Source of the DNA: Octopus vulgaris
Taxonomy: Eukaryota
Length of the DNA: 64,000 nucleotides
Assembly: GCA_951406725.2 (NCBI GenBank)
Contig: OX597816.1
Location: 100,130,001 to 100,194,000 of the forward strand
Direction of reading: 5' to 3'
Shown here: positions 12,001 to 25,344 of the stretch, piece by piece
Numbering within the stretch: position 1 is the first letter of the stretch
Layout: each line of letters opens with the position of its first letter
Notes under the pieces: generated by a model
Told to the model about the DNA's origin: nothing
The model's database searches: none
The model's input: only the letters and a program-made list of their open reading frames with translations
Made by a program: the position numbers and the translations under genes

Positions 12001-12887
12001 TTTTTTGGCTCAAAAAGCAAAAAGCAAGGCCATGTAGGGGGACATGGAGTTATGTACAGGGGTGTTCATGCAAAGAGTTCAGGCCATTTCTGGTCAAGAG
12101 AGACTTTGAACCGAGCGGTCGTCGGCATCTTCACTATCTTGTCCAGCAGCTTATTCCATGGATCCGCAACCTCTCCTTCCATTGAGATGAAATCGTCGCA
12201 GATAGAGCTTTTTGGAGTGACCCCGCAGCCTACGCTCTGGAGCAGGAGTGAAGAACAGCTCTTTTGAGAGGTTACAGTTTCCGCTTATGATGTTGTGAGC
12301 AAGAATGATATCACCACGGCACCGTCGTTTTTCTAGAGAATAAAGGTCGAGCGTTTTCAGCCTTTCTTCATAAGACAAATGCTTGAGACCAAGAACCATG
12401 CGGGTATCCAGCCTCTGGACTCTTTCAAGATGATGTATGTCTTTGAGGAGATAAGGAGAAGAGGCTTGAATCCCGTACTCCAATATGGGTCTCACCAGCA
12501 TGACATAGAGCAGTAGGAATACGGCGGCTGTGAGCATTCCGAATGATCGTCGAAGCAAAAACAGAACTCCGCATGCTTTGTTGGCAGCATGGATGCACTG
12601 GGCCGAAAGCGAAAAGTAAGAATCCACCAAGATACCCAGGCCCTTTACCTGGTCGGTCCTCTCCAGCAGCAGATGACCTGGCTCGAAATCAAGTTGAGTT
12701 GCAGGAGAAGAGCCAACAGGCAGATGACAGCACTTTGACACGTTCAGACACCGGTCCCATTCGTTAGACCATCTCCAAACTTGGTGGAGGCATCGATGAA
12801 GATCATCTATATCACCGCGAGGAGTGACCAGTTTGACATCATCGGCAAATAGAAGGGTGTGTTGTGTGAGGTCGTCGAGCAAGTCAT
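12001..12887 (-). mobile_element. 5'-truncated CR1-clade LINE (RT C-terminal half and 3' end)
   Basis: LLFADDVKL, LNVSKC, LVRPILEYG, LERVQR, SYEERLKTLDLYSLEKRRCRGD, LRGHSKKL; short 3' UTR ending GCTTTTTGCTTTTTGAGCC-A(n). Confidence 0.9.
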
Positions 12888-12959
12888 TGTTCTTACAGGT
12901 CTCAACAGAATCCACATGGTTGTTTTTAGCTGTCTTGTGTGTCTGAACGGTCAGTGGCT

Positions 12960-13175
12960 GAAATGGCAGTAGCAGCAATGACTGTTGGTCGTAGTAGTAG
13001 TAACCGTGGTGGTGGTTGGGGTTGCAGCAGCTCATCGGTTGTTGCAGCTTAGCTGTGGCAGTAGCAGCAGTGGAGGACTGTTGATCATAGTAGTAATAGT
13101 AGTGACCATGGTGGTTGTAGTAGTAGTAGTAGTAATAGTAGCAGCAGTCGTAGTGATCATGGTGGTAATGGTAGA
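12960..13175. repeat. (TAG/CAG/TGG) trinucleotide low-complexity tract, probably the 3' region of the adjacent Penelope-like element
   Basis: Runs of gtagtagtag, gcagcag and gtggtg directly downstream (on -) of the GIY-YIG stop. Confidence 0.7.
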
Positions 13176-13214
13176 ATTCCATTTTTCTTTTCGGAAGACC
13201 AATGTATTATTTTA

Positions 13215-13985
13215 ATGTTCCTGGCCCAGGGTGTTCAAACTTGGTCCGAATTTTCTAATAAAATAAAGTTCTTTATTTTGGCGTTGAGTGAAGGTTACAC
13301 TGTCACTGAATTTGTAAAGTAGGCAAGTTGTGAATTTGGGATTTTTATTTGAAGCACATCTATCTACGTGTCCGCTGACTGGTATTTTCCTGTATTCAGG
13401 ATTTCAAATTTGGGATTTATGCACCGCCATCCTCTTTCGTAAGCTGTTTTTTGTATGGCCTATATACTACCTATTGCACCCTGCGCATGTTAAGATGTAA
13501 ATTAAGTTTTCTGATGCACAGGTGAAGTTTGTTCTGATGGTAAACTGATGGCTTTGTTCTAATGTGAATTCTGAACCGTCTACCAAGATAACACAGATTC
13601 CGCAGTTGGGCTTTCAACATTTTCTAACTGCTGCTTTTGTGGTTGTTGTTGAGTGCAGTTTAGCTTGGGTTAAAATCTTTTTTAAGGATTTTGGTTGCCG
13701 TTTACTTTTAATGATGGTGTGTGTTTCCAGGATTCGGTTCATCTTTGGGTCTCCCTTGAGTAGGGCTGTGCTTTGTAGTATGGTGTTGAAGGCCTCATTA
13801 AGTGGGTTGTGTGTAGAGCTGTAGGGTAGGGTTTTTAATTTTACTTTCTTTTTTGGTTTTGTTTGTCTCAGGTCTTCTATACTTAATTTAAGAGCTCGTT
13901 GGATTGCACTGTCTATTAGGGGCTGTGGATAATTTCTATTTATGAGTGTTATTCTGAGTTCCTGGAGATGTGTGTGTCGGGTGTA
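13215..13985 (-). mobile_element. Penelope-like element fragment of Neptune type (thumb, Cys-rich linker, GIY-YIG)
   Basis: Minus: NRNYPQPLID..KC*KPNCGICVIL..NFTCASENLIYILTCAGCNR*YIGHTKNSLRKRMAVHKSQI..PVSGH..RQNKELYFIRKFGPSLN. Confidence 0.85.
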
Positions 13986-13996
13986 ATATTCTTTGC

Positions 13997-14720
13997 TTAA
14001 TCTTTATTCACAGTATTTTTGATTTTTATATTTTCATCAATAACTAGATATCTGTGGAACTTATTTTGCAAAATAAGAGAAGTAGTGAGACTATTGATGC
14101 AACAATTCTGAATGTAGAGAATAGTCTTGTCACTTTCATTTACTAAACATGAACATTTCTTTTGGTCAAATGTAATCCCTATATCTGTAGAAAAATCCAT
14201 GATTTTTGGCATTGTAAATATTTCAGGCATAGATCTTTAGACTGAATTCCAAAAAAATCATGAGGAATATTTGTATCTTTTGCCCTACGACATAGCCAGT
14301 GGATTTTTGTGAAAGGAATGACTGGATTTAGGGCCAAAATGTGCAACAGGCTGTTGCCTTGAAATATTTATAGCTTCAGAGACAATTTTTCTATTTCCAG
14401 CTGCATGTGTGGTGATTGTGAACCAGGACTGTGTGAGCCTTTCAGTAGCAGTAACTAAAGCAGCCAATATGATTACAAGCTCTAGCAAATTCAGTGACAA
14501 TGAGAAAGGAGTCTAATGTCCTTCTGTAATAAACCATACTGTCACAAGATTTCTTTGGAGTTTTCTCACTTCAGATAGTACAGCTTTATTTACTAAATGC
14601 TCTGTGGCATATCCCCACACTCTTTTCTTTCCACTTGCATGCCTGTTAATGACTGAAAGACTCACAATGATCTTGGAGGAATTGGTTCAAGCAGCTTGTG
14701 TACAGTTTATACTAAATGTT
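13997..14720 (-). mobile_element. Highly degraded R4/Dong-like non-LTR RT fragment
   Basis: DFSTDIGITFDQKKC (cf. FSxDIGMxFGLDKC) and YLVIDE (cf. YKYLGI); an upstream GP...HSF remnant. Confidence 0.55.
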
Positions 14721-14871
14721 AGAGCTAGCTATGGACCTATAGTTCTCCTGTATATGAATGTGTAGGTATCTATGTGTGTGCTTGTGTGTGTGTGTGTGTG
14801 TGTGTACTTTGCTTTTTTTAGTTGTTCCGTGAGAAGCTTCACTTCATGTTAATATTATGTATGTACGAAAG

Positions 14872-15042
14872 ATGGCAAGCTGGCAGAATTGTTAGCAAGC
14901 CATCAAAATGCTTAGCAGTATTTCATCTGTGTTTATGTTCTGAGTTCAAATTCCACTGAGGTCAACTTTGCCTTTCGTCATTTTTTGATGAGCACTGGGG
15001 TCAATATAATTAACTTACCCCCTGCCACAAAATGCTGACCTT
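14872..15042 (+). mobile_element. tRNA-derived SINE (Deu/Nin-like core), degraded
   Basis: ggcaagctggcagaattgttagca..gagttcaaattcc..gtcaactttgcctttc; same family as 30290-30500. Confidence 0.8.
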
Positions 15043-16095
15043 GATGAAAAATACTCCTCCAGTACTGTTCTGACCTCATCTACAGAATTCATGTTTTTTC
15101 TGTCCAAATGACTTTGAAGACTGTGAAATAAAAATGATAGTCAGATGGGTCAATGTCCCACGAATATGATAGGCGGGGCATTGTTTCTCATTCGAACTGC
15201 TCTAGCCTTTGGAATGTCATCCTCACTGTATGTGGCCAAGCATTATCCTGATGGAAGAACATCTTTTGTCTTGAAACCAAAGATGGTCGTTTTTCTTCTA
15301 GCACTAACTTAAGTCACTTAAGCTGCTTTCAGTAGATCTCTTACGTTATTATTTGGTTTCGGTTTAAAAGTTCAAAATGGATTAAACCTTTCTTATCCCA
15401 CCAAACAGATAACAACATCTAACATGGGTAAAGACCTTCTTTAACCTAGTGTGCCAATGTTTCTCTTTTCCCTACCCACACTCTTGGGTACTTGACATTT
15501 TTGTAGAGAACCCATTTCTCCTCACCAGTCACTAGTCAGTCCAAAAAAGGTTCATTTGTGAGACAGGACAGCACACATTCACTCTCTGTGCATGATTAGA
15601 CTTTTCTGATGGTACGCAAGTGTCACTGAATGGTTGAATGACCAAATCCAAGCTTCTCTGCTAGCTCCTCAACAGTTACGATGGAATTTTGTTCCACCAG
15701 GGTTTGCAGGACATCCTCATCAAGCTCTGCAGATCTTCCAGGACAAGCCTGGTCTTCTAGACTGTAGTTTCCAGCTTGGAATTTCTGGAACCACTGTTGA
15801 CACTGGCTTACACTTATTGTCCGATCCCCAATACTGCATTAATTGAACTTATTGCCTTTATTGAACTTATAAAGCAAAATATGCTGAATATGCTCCTTTT
15901 TCACTTCCATTGTAGCTTTGAAAAAATAACTGTTAAACTCAAACTTCACTCTTCAAAACATGCACCAAGAATAAGGACAAGGTAAAATTACTACTTGCTC
16001 TTATAGTAAGTTGATGCAGGTAGCTTATCCCGTCCCCCTCTGACTTTTAGTTCACGCAACTGAGAAAACCACATTATTTATGGGATGACTCAGTA
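15043..16095 (-). mobile_element. Decayed mariner transposon
   Basis: Minus remnants FHQDNA, DIDPSDYHF (cf. YSPDLAPSDYHLF) and VTGEEKW; TIR-like cattatttatgggatgactcagTA near 16071-16095. Confidence 0.8.
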
Positions 16096-16542
16096 TATTA
16101 TATAGACCACTTTCAGTCTTGCCGTTCTTTCTCTCATCATACTCATTCGTATGTTAGCATAAGTACACACACAAAAACATTGCATTTAGTACAAAATCTA
16201 AGTTCTTTAATCAGTGCAAATCTATCTCAGAATCATTGCTATTTGTGGGAAGTTGATGTGAGTTGTTAATGTATTATTGGAATGCATGTGTTGTGGGAGG
16301 CTTTGAAAAATAGTCCAAATGAGGACTGTATGTAGAAAAATGAAACGAACAGATTTATGTAGACTTGGGATACGGCTGTAGTTTTGCATAGCAGTTTTAC
16401 TCAAATAGACGTGGTAAAAGAAATCACACTTAGAGGATGTACCTCTATACTGTCAATAGGATATAATTTATAGATTGTTTTCTTCTGTGATCAAAGCTGG
16501 TGCATCATCTTTTATAGAACAGCAGTACTTCATATCAGACAC

Positions 16543-17272
16543 TGGGCAAAGTTCAAAGAGCCTTTAACTAAGGGCTCCTCCCTCAGAGTGAAAGGCAGAT
16601 TGTATGATGCCTGTTTACAAACAGCTATGCTACATGGCTGTGAAACATGGGTTATAACTACAGAGGACTTGCAAAGGCTTGAAAGAAATGAAGCTAGTAT
16701 GCTCCACTAGATGGGTAATGTCAGTGTGCACTCACGATCGAGTGTAAATGATGAGGCTTCAGATGTTGTGTGAACAAGAGAAGACCACACTGGTTTGGTC
16801 GTGTGATGCATATGGATGAGGACAGCTGTGTAAAGAAGTGCCAAGCTCTAATTGTGGAGGGAACCTGTAGAAGGTGGAGACCCAACCAGATGTTGGACAG
16901 AGTGTTGAGGAAGGGCATTTTGATGGTGGGCTTCACTGAGGAAATGAGAAGGGACCAGGAGTTGTTATTTGCTATACTTGAGAAAATGTGCCAAGCTAAG
17001 TAAAATCAGTCATACATACCAGCTTGTGTTTGACAGATACTGGTGCCACATAAAATGCACTCATGCCAGTGATGCATATATGCACCCATGCTAGTGGCAT
17101 GTAAAAAGTACCCAGCACACTCTGTAAAGTATTTGGCATTAGCAAGTGCATATGGCTATAGAAACCATGCCACAACAGACAAGTAGAGTTTTGCCAGCTC
17201 CTGTCAAACGATACAATCCATGCCAGCATGGAAAACAGATGTTAAATAATGGTGATTACGATAATGATGATT
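16543..17272 (+). mobile_element. Degraded RTE LINE 3' end
   Basis: WAKFKE..RVKGRLYDAC..WFGRVMHMDEDSCVKKC; 3' UTR ending ccatgccagcatggaaaacagatgttaaa plus a decayed (GAT)n tail. Confidence 0.88.
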
Positions 17273-20200
17273 TTTGACTAGGGAATAAGAGTTGTCTAGA
17301 GGAATGTGTGTATAACAGTGTGCTAACCTAGTGAAGTTGGCATCCTCCAGATTGACAAGAGACATGTCAATATGCATGCATATTTCTGACTTTGAGTTTA
17401 GACCGTCTGAAGCTAAAAGAGCAATATACCATATAACATTAAGTGGTGCATAGTACATCAACAACTCAAAAAAATACATACACTGTACAGTTGATAGAGC
17501 ACACATCCTTTTTAGATTGAAAACCTGTATCAATCTTCTTGGTTGACATTAAGACCAGTAGTTCTGTGCCTTTGAAGACCTAGGAAGAATAGTTGTCTGT
17601 AAAATCCTTCTTCAGATACTCTCCAGCCTAACTCTTGCTAGTTTGGAAAAACATGTTAAAAAATGTTCACATTTACATTTATATGTCTATACCTATGTAT
17701 GCTCTAACTAGTATTATAAAATCATTTCTTAAGATTTCATACAACTGTCCTTATATTTCCTTGAAAAGTAACATCTTAAAATTTGAGCTGCAGTATTTTT
17801 AATAGGACAGGGTGGCAAGGATAACTAATCTGTCATATATCATATGTTTTATTATGTTTCATGTTAACATTTCTATTTCTTTCGCACATCAAGAGTAAAA
17901 ATTTCATCTTTTGTTCTGTCTTGTTTTCTTTCATTGTAAGTTTGAATTTAGGACATTACTTTTTCTATTGTATTGTTGTTGCTGTATTTGTGTATGTTAC
18001 ACCATCCAAACTATGATAATAATAGCGAGAGAAACAAAAAGGAGGGGGAATGATGCTAATTGGTTGTTTGTTGTCTTTTAAAACCACAACCAGCCCCAAC
18101 TTTGAAACCTTCTGGAAATATTCAATTGAAGATTTTTCCCCTTCTAATATTGAACAAACAGAAAGTCTGTTATTGGCTAAGCTCAAAATTAACTTCTTTT
18201 GGACATTAATTTGTTCTTTTAGGCCTTATTTTTTTAAATCTTCATATTCTATTTCATAAGAAAAATTGACTGCTTCTAACCATTAAATATAACACTCTCA
18301 AAACCTCCCTCCCGCCCGCCCGCCCTCCCTCTCTCTCCTGTTTTTCTCCTTCACACACATACATATGTATGAACATACATTCAATTTCTAAGAATAAAAG
18401 ACAATGAGTTTTTTTCCCCTTTCTGGAAGATTTTTTTTTGTAGGGAGAGAATTAATGATAATAATAAAAAAAGCATAAGCAAACATTTTCTTCATATGTT
18501 TAGTGAATGTTACAAATGTATGAATGCAGTTTTCCAAATATTGTGAGGCAAATGAGGAAATATTGAAGATTGTTTAGATGTGTAGAACTAAACACAAGAA
18601 AACTATGTATGAAAATTAAAATCTGAGAAATATAAAAATGGTTAAATAGTATGTATATTCAAAGAATTAGCAAAATTTCCTGATTATTGTGTGTATTCAA
18701 AGAACTGACACAATCACTAAATAAGAAAAAAACAAAAACACCAGAAATATAAAAACTTCAGATTACAAAAAGGTTTACTCAATCGTAATTTGTACATTAA
18801 TATACCAACTCAAGCACCAAATTTGAAATTAATGAAGTCCCTCTCAGAAAATATACCACCTGAGGTAGAATCTAGACTAAGGTATGCATTTTTCTGTTTT
18901 ATTAATTTAAATATCTCCATTACTATTATTTACCATTCTAAATTACATTTTTATTTCTGTTTAATATATCTCTTGTTTATTTATTTGTTATTTTCTTTGA
19001 TAAAGTTTCTTATAATATAATGAGCATCTTTTCTCTTTTGTCAATTTTGAAAACTATTGCAAGTATAGAACAAAATTAGCTGCTAAATATAAGTTTGCTC
19101 TTACAAAAATGTCGACCAATCATAGTAATGTGCTTTAGTTTCTAAGTATATGGTTGAAAATCCCCATATTAGGAATGATAAACTCTTAAAGTTATAATCT
19201 GCACGTGCTATACCCATGGCTGTTCATATGAGCAAATTTCATTCTGTTCATTTATTTTATAAAATTTAATTCACAAACAAAATGTTTTGTGGTATAGGAA
19301 TTTCCTTAAGGAGTTTAAACTATATTTTATTATAATTAGTTTACCACTATTTCAGTTATCATTTACAATCTAAATATGATTTTTTTCTCTTACTTCTCAT
19401 TATTCTCCAGCAGTTTTTGTCTTTCATATATATCGGTTTTTCTGTTAATACATTTCTCTCCCCATTATTTTTATTTTGTATTTGTTTTTAAAATTCTCTT
19501 TAAATATTTCCCAAATTGCTACGCTTGATCCATAGCTCATTATTTAACACAGCCGTGAGATTTATAAATTGCCTTTAAATGTATGCACTACTCAGTACAT
19601 TTTTCCTCAAAAACATTTCCATACATATTGACATAACTTCCATGAGTTATTTTAATTCTTCAGATACTTCTTGTCACTCCACTCGGCTTATTCAACTATA
19701 TTTGTGGTATGATAGAAACCATACTACCGATTATTGAGTAGAGAAGTATTTATAGTAGGAGGTTGCTTACAAAGCTCTATCACTTCAAATGTAAGAACTA
19801 ATATGCTATGGATGCAGAGGTTTTCAATATATGAAAGCTAGTTAAGTTATGATCATAATGGTTGATGACAGGAGGAGCATCTGGCCATAAAATCTTACCT
19901 CAACAGATTCCAAAAAAAAAAAATAATAATTTATTAACAGATCATTTACTTTACCATATCAAAAATAATCATACATTCTTATGTCTATAATCATGCATAT
20001 AACATCCACCACTACAGAGTTACCTGCTCTAATACAAGATTAGTGTGTAATTCTGTACATATGTGTATGTGAGTTGAGTTATAGAACCATTTTGTTAGTT
20101 GCAATAATAAGAATTTTCTAAACATATATTTATTTCTTGTTCTAGATATTAAAATACTTATGGATTGGTCTCATTTATCAGTTGTCTCTTGAGAAAAACT

Positions 20201-21754
20201 TCTTTGAACTTTCTTAGCAAAACTTCAGCTTCAGCATTTACTTATTTATTCTGTTTATTATAGTAATCCAAGTAATACTTGAAATATGTAATCTTTCTTA
20301 TTTCATTGGAGATAATGCATCAGTAATGAGAATTAGCATTATCTTATTTAATTGTTAAGGTACAATTAAGTTATATCATTCCTCTGTTTAATGTTTTCAG
20401 TTTTTCCACAATTGCTTTATGAAAGGACCATACTCTTTCCATGAGCTACACTTTTGGTTTCCTCCAAAATAAAAAATTAGAATGACGAGTAATGTTAATG
20501 CAGTTAATAATTCAAATATTCGGCTTGTTGCAAGATAGTTGATGTTTATGGGAAAGTATGATATATATTACCTTGATTTATGTTTGTTCGGAAATCCCAG
20601 TCTGAACAAGAACAAAATCAAATAATGTAGCCATTTGATAGAGGGTTTTATTAAATATAGGTAATTAATAGTAGTTTCCATTTCTTATATCAATTATATT
20701 CCTTAACTTATGTTTTGACCTTATGCTGCATGAAAATATATCTGTATTATTATATTGATTATAAAAATGCTATTTAAAAGGTTTATATTTTTATAAGAAT
20801 ACATATAAATTCTGAGTTGGGATATCATCTGAAATTGTGTGTTGGAACTAAAATAATTGTAACAAGGTAAAGACATGTTAAACATGAAAAAACATATATG
20901 AATGCTATATTTCCTTTCATTTTATTATTATTCTGTAATCCTGTTATATAGTATTAAGTGTCAAAATCTTTCAAATGTTTATCAGCTGTATCTTTGTAGC
21001 TGCTGAAGTTAGTTGTGAATCAGTTATTACATCTATAGCATGTTATTGTATGATAGAATACTTTTGGTACTTAATAATATATCAAAATAATAGTGAAAGT
21101 TAATATACAGGGAATGTGTTTTTTAATTGCTATTATGATTATGATACAGTTGTTGAACAAATTAAGTTTCACTATTTACATATTTAATGGCTGTACTAAA
21201 CTTAGATACTTACTTAGATGTGTCTTTTTTAAACAGTTCTTTGAATATGTATTTGTACAAAATCAGTCTACTGTTACTAACATTTTAGATCCACTTTTAC
21301 ACACACTCACATAAACACACATGCACACTATTACCATCCCACACAACACTCCCTAATTTACAAAAATGCTACACAAAACCTGCACATAAATACACACATG
21401 CAGATATACACTCCTCACACACAAGTATAACACACACATTTGCACAAGGGCCATTTTTGCACCATCGTACCTTCAAAAATCACATTCTCTAACTCTCACT
21501 AACTTTTGGCCAGTTATTTTTGGACATGAAATGACACACATGCTTTCTCTGGATTATCTGCTCTTTTTTCCTTTTCCTCTTCTCTGGATCTTTTCCCCTA
21601 TCTGAAAAAGAGCCAAGCTTGAAACATCATTTCTACTATTTTTCCATCTAAAACTTTCACTTAGTGTCAATCTAATGTACTGACTGTGTACATTAAATTA
21701 ACTATTGTTGTTTGTATCCTGTTTTTTTTTCCATTCTTCGATTTGCCCCCACCC

Positions 21755-21757
<3 letters not shown>

Positions 21758-21813
<56 letters not shown>
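21758..21813. repeat. (TA)n microsatellite
   Basis: Direct inspection. Confidence 0.95.
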
Positions 21814-21818
<5 letters not shown>

Positions 21819-22029
21819 CATGCAGGCTTGGCTGTTTGGTCCCAGTGCACAGCAACTAGGGCTAATATCCTCCACTGGATTAGGGACATAAAGTTCTCTG
21901 GTTTGCAGTGTATGTGACAAGATCGAGGTGATGTTTGAAAGAAGTGTTTTGGAATGATAAGAACATTCTTGTTCTTCCAGACATGGAAAAAGAAAAGGGA
22001 ATAGAAGAATTATTATGAGAAGTTGTTAA

Positions 22030-23620
22030 ATCATCATCATCATCAACATTTAAAGTCTGTTTTCCATACTGGCATGGGTTGGACAACGTCAGGAATAAGC
22101 AATGCCTGGTGCCACACCAGATTCCATAGTCTGTTTTGGCTTGGTCCTATCACCAACCACTCAACAAAGTGTACTGGATGCTTTTTACATGTTACCATTA
22201 CCAGTACTTTTCAACTGGCACCCCCACTAGAGCTTCTTACATGACACTTTGGTTTTAGGTTCTCAGTTCTATTGTGATGAGCAGGTCTTCTTGAGTACAA
22301 GCAATGTGTTACTTCTCAATCCTCTGTTAACTCCTTCAAAACGTTTTGAGATCTGCCTTCAATACTTCATTCCATGTCTTCCTGAATCTTCCACTTTAAA
22401 TGATTGGCACTTCTTTATGCAACTCTCCTTATCCATCCACATCACATGACCAAACCAATGCAGAGTATACCAGCTTCTTACCTCTCCAACCTTCACATGT
22501 AGGGCCCATGTCTCACTACCATGCTGCATCATGGTAGTGAGAAACATTTGGTTGCTAACACAGGAAAAAGCTCTCTGAAATTTCTCTATCCTATTCTTAT
22601 TCTGGTAATTACACTTTCTGTACAACTTCTTCCATGGCTAATTAGGTCATCTGGGTAGCAAAATTATCTACAACTTCCAGAGAGTCTCCAGGACATTTGA
22701 AGCAATCAAATTCTCGTGCATCTGTGATCATTATGGCTCATATATATCTTCCACATAGAAACACTACTTTGCCTGTGAACCTTCCTACTATTCTACTGCA
22801 CTCTTTGTGTGGCCATAACTTTTATTAACCTTCCTCCTATTCTACTGCACATTTTTTGTGCCCAAGGTTGTTAAATGGAGAGAATATATGAGAAGAGGAA
22901 GTGGCCATTCAACTTGAATACAGTATGGTACATAGGGTGCACAAGTATACAGAAACTGTGAAGGTACTCAATACAGAAAGAGAGTGTCAGTAGTTCTAAG
23001 ACCTGGTACAAATCTGAACTGTGTTTCTTCCTAATCAAAAGTGACTAATTTTGTTGCTTTCAAACCTTGACCTGTCAGTTTGTTACCTTTATCTTTTCTT
23101 TGTGAATCATCTCCTTTATCCATGAAGCAGGTGAGGACCATACTGCTATGCTAGTCATTGGATATGGCATTTCTTTGTATTATCTGGTTTGCTATGTGTA
23201 TATTTAGCTTGAGTCCTATTTGGTCAGGTATTTTCAACATCTGAGTGACTATTTCTAATGGACCTACTGCTTTCCCTGTTTTCATATTCTAAATAGCTGG
23301 CCTTCTCCTCTTATGGATACTCTTGGTGTAATTCCTCTTCTTTCCATGCATTTTCTACATCCAGCAACTTGTAATATTTCCAAATGTCTTTCTTCTCAGT
23401 GTTAGTGAGGGAAGTATGCAACTCTCATTTTGAACACACTTTTCCTCAACCATTCTTGATTTATCATGACACCTGGCTTCCCAATCGAGAATACCTCATG
23501 CCTTTTATTATAGAATATTGGCAAATGTCCTGCTTTCTGCTTCTTTCTATGCTTAGTAAGCTTGCAATTTATATATTTATTTATTGATTTGAAAACCTCA
23601 CAGGTGCATTTGTACACTGA
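22030..23620 (-). mobile_element. Old, fragmented RTE LINE
   Basis: (CAT)n tail at 22032, 3' UTR, MQHGSETWA, HWFGHVMWMDKESCIKKC, PHD remnant at about 22740-22865; further decayed RT-like sequence to about 23620 (that boundary is uncertain). Confidence 0.7.
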
Positions 23621-25344
23621 TTTATCATAGAAAAGTTTCCAATGATTGTTGTATTGTAAAATGAATAACTCTTGCAGCTATTACCTAAGCACTTGACACC
23701 ACGTTTATTAAATGCATATATCACCAGAAATTAGGAATCTGTTGAATCATTTAGTATATGTAAAATATATCTCACAGGTATGGGACATAGATATAGAATA
23801 AATATATGTGCATATGTGTGTCAATATAAAGAAAAAAAAACAGAAGCATAAACAGAAGTAATTAAATTAGTGAATAACTTTACTACCAACTGATTCTTCT
23901 GATAAACAATCACAAGTTACTTTTTCCTATTTTCTAATTCAAAATAACTCATTAAATATCAATAGATTATTACTTTTCTCCTTTCTTATGGTATAAATCT
24001 TAGAATTCTCTAATATTCTGCTTTAAACATAATGAATGCAGATATCACTAGTTTGAACTCTAATGAATTCTCTATCTTTAGGTGCATTTTCTCTTTTCTG
24101 AGTATCATACCATAGAAAAAAACTTTCATGTATTATGAATATAAATCAATTATTTTACCCTAATCTTCAATTGGAATGGTTTTAATATGCAAAGTATTAC
24201 ATTATACATTGTTCCTAATTTACTTTTTTACAAACTTCTTTAACTACTAAATCTTCAGTTATTCTCTTCAAGAGACACTTTTCCACATATATGTTATAAA
24301 CAGGTGAAATAGCTTTTTTTCAATAACTCTGTGGTAAAGCTTATATATACAAACACACATTCTGCATCTTGATAATAAGTTGGCAGAATGCCAACAGAAT
24401 GCCATTTCTAGAATATTTTGTCAAGCACAACAGCCTTAACAGTAATGATTTTCAACCACATCTCAGATATTAAATCAAAATTAATATTTTATGCATGTAC
24501 TGCTGCATATACAAAATTATGAATCAATAGTTTATGGTTCCATGAAGAAATTGATTCAAATACAGTTTATGAAAAGCTTAAATTTACAAGTAGTCATTGA
24601 TTTTATATTTTTACTGCTCATTGCATACGACATGTAACTAACTAATTAACTTTTGATAACCTCAAAAGTCTAGCAAGTAATATCTATGGCAGATATCTGC
24701 ATAAGACTCCAATGGAAATTAAGTTTCATGTGCTCTTCTATAGCCCTGTAACTGTGTAATATCTTTCAAGGATATTAAGAATTTCTCTGTTTGAAAATAG
24801 CTTTCATTTTCCATCTTCCAGCAAGAAAATTATTTTTTGTTGAAAGTTTTTGATAAATTTATTTATTAGTTAAGAAGCTTTACTGAAAAATAGATATTTC
24901 TTCCTTTCTTAGAACTGAAGCACACTTTAATGTTTCATTTTTGCTGATCCATTTCTCTTTCCCTTTGAGATTTCCATTAGTTTAGTTTAACTATATATTT
25001 CACTATATAACTTCTAATTTAATTTCTTATGTTTATATCAAAATATTTAGGCTTGTGAAAATACTATTGAAAATATTATTGAGACAAGACTATCAAAGAG
25101 TTGATGACTGTAATTTCCAATCAACTTAAGTTCTTTCAAGCCCGCTTGTTAGAAACCACAATAGTCAACATCCTATTAAAATCATATGACTTGATCAATT
25201 GAGATATTAAACTAAAAATAATTTGCATTAGCATAAAGTATATTGATATTACATAACAGTTTACAATAGTTTGGCATAAACTGGAATCACAAGCAGATTA
25301 ACAGATAAAGTTACCTTTATCTGCATGGCAAATGTGCAGGAATA

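Noticed and set aside
12888-13182. Tyr/His-rich N-terminus of the 343-aa ORF, suggesting a novel RT fusion protein
   Set aside because: A chance in-frame read-through from a trinucleotide tract into a 5'-truncated CR1.
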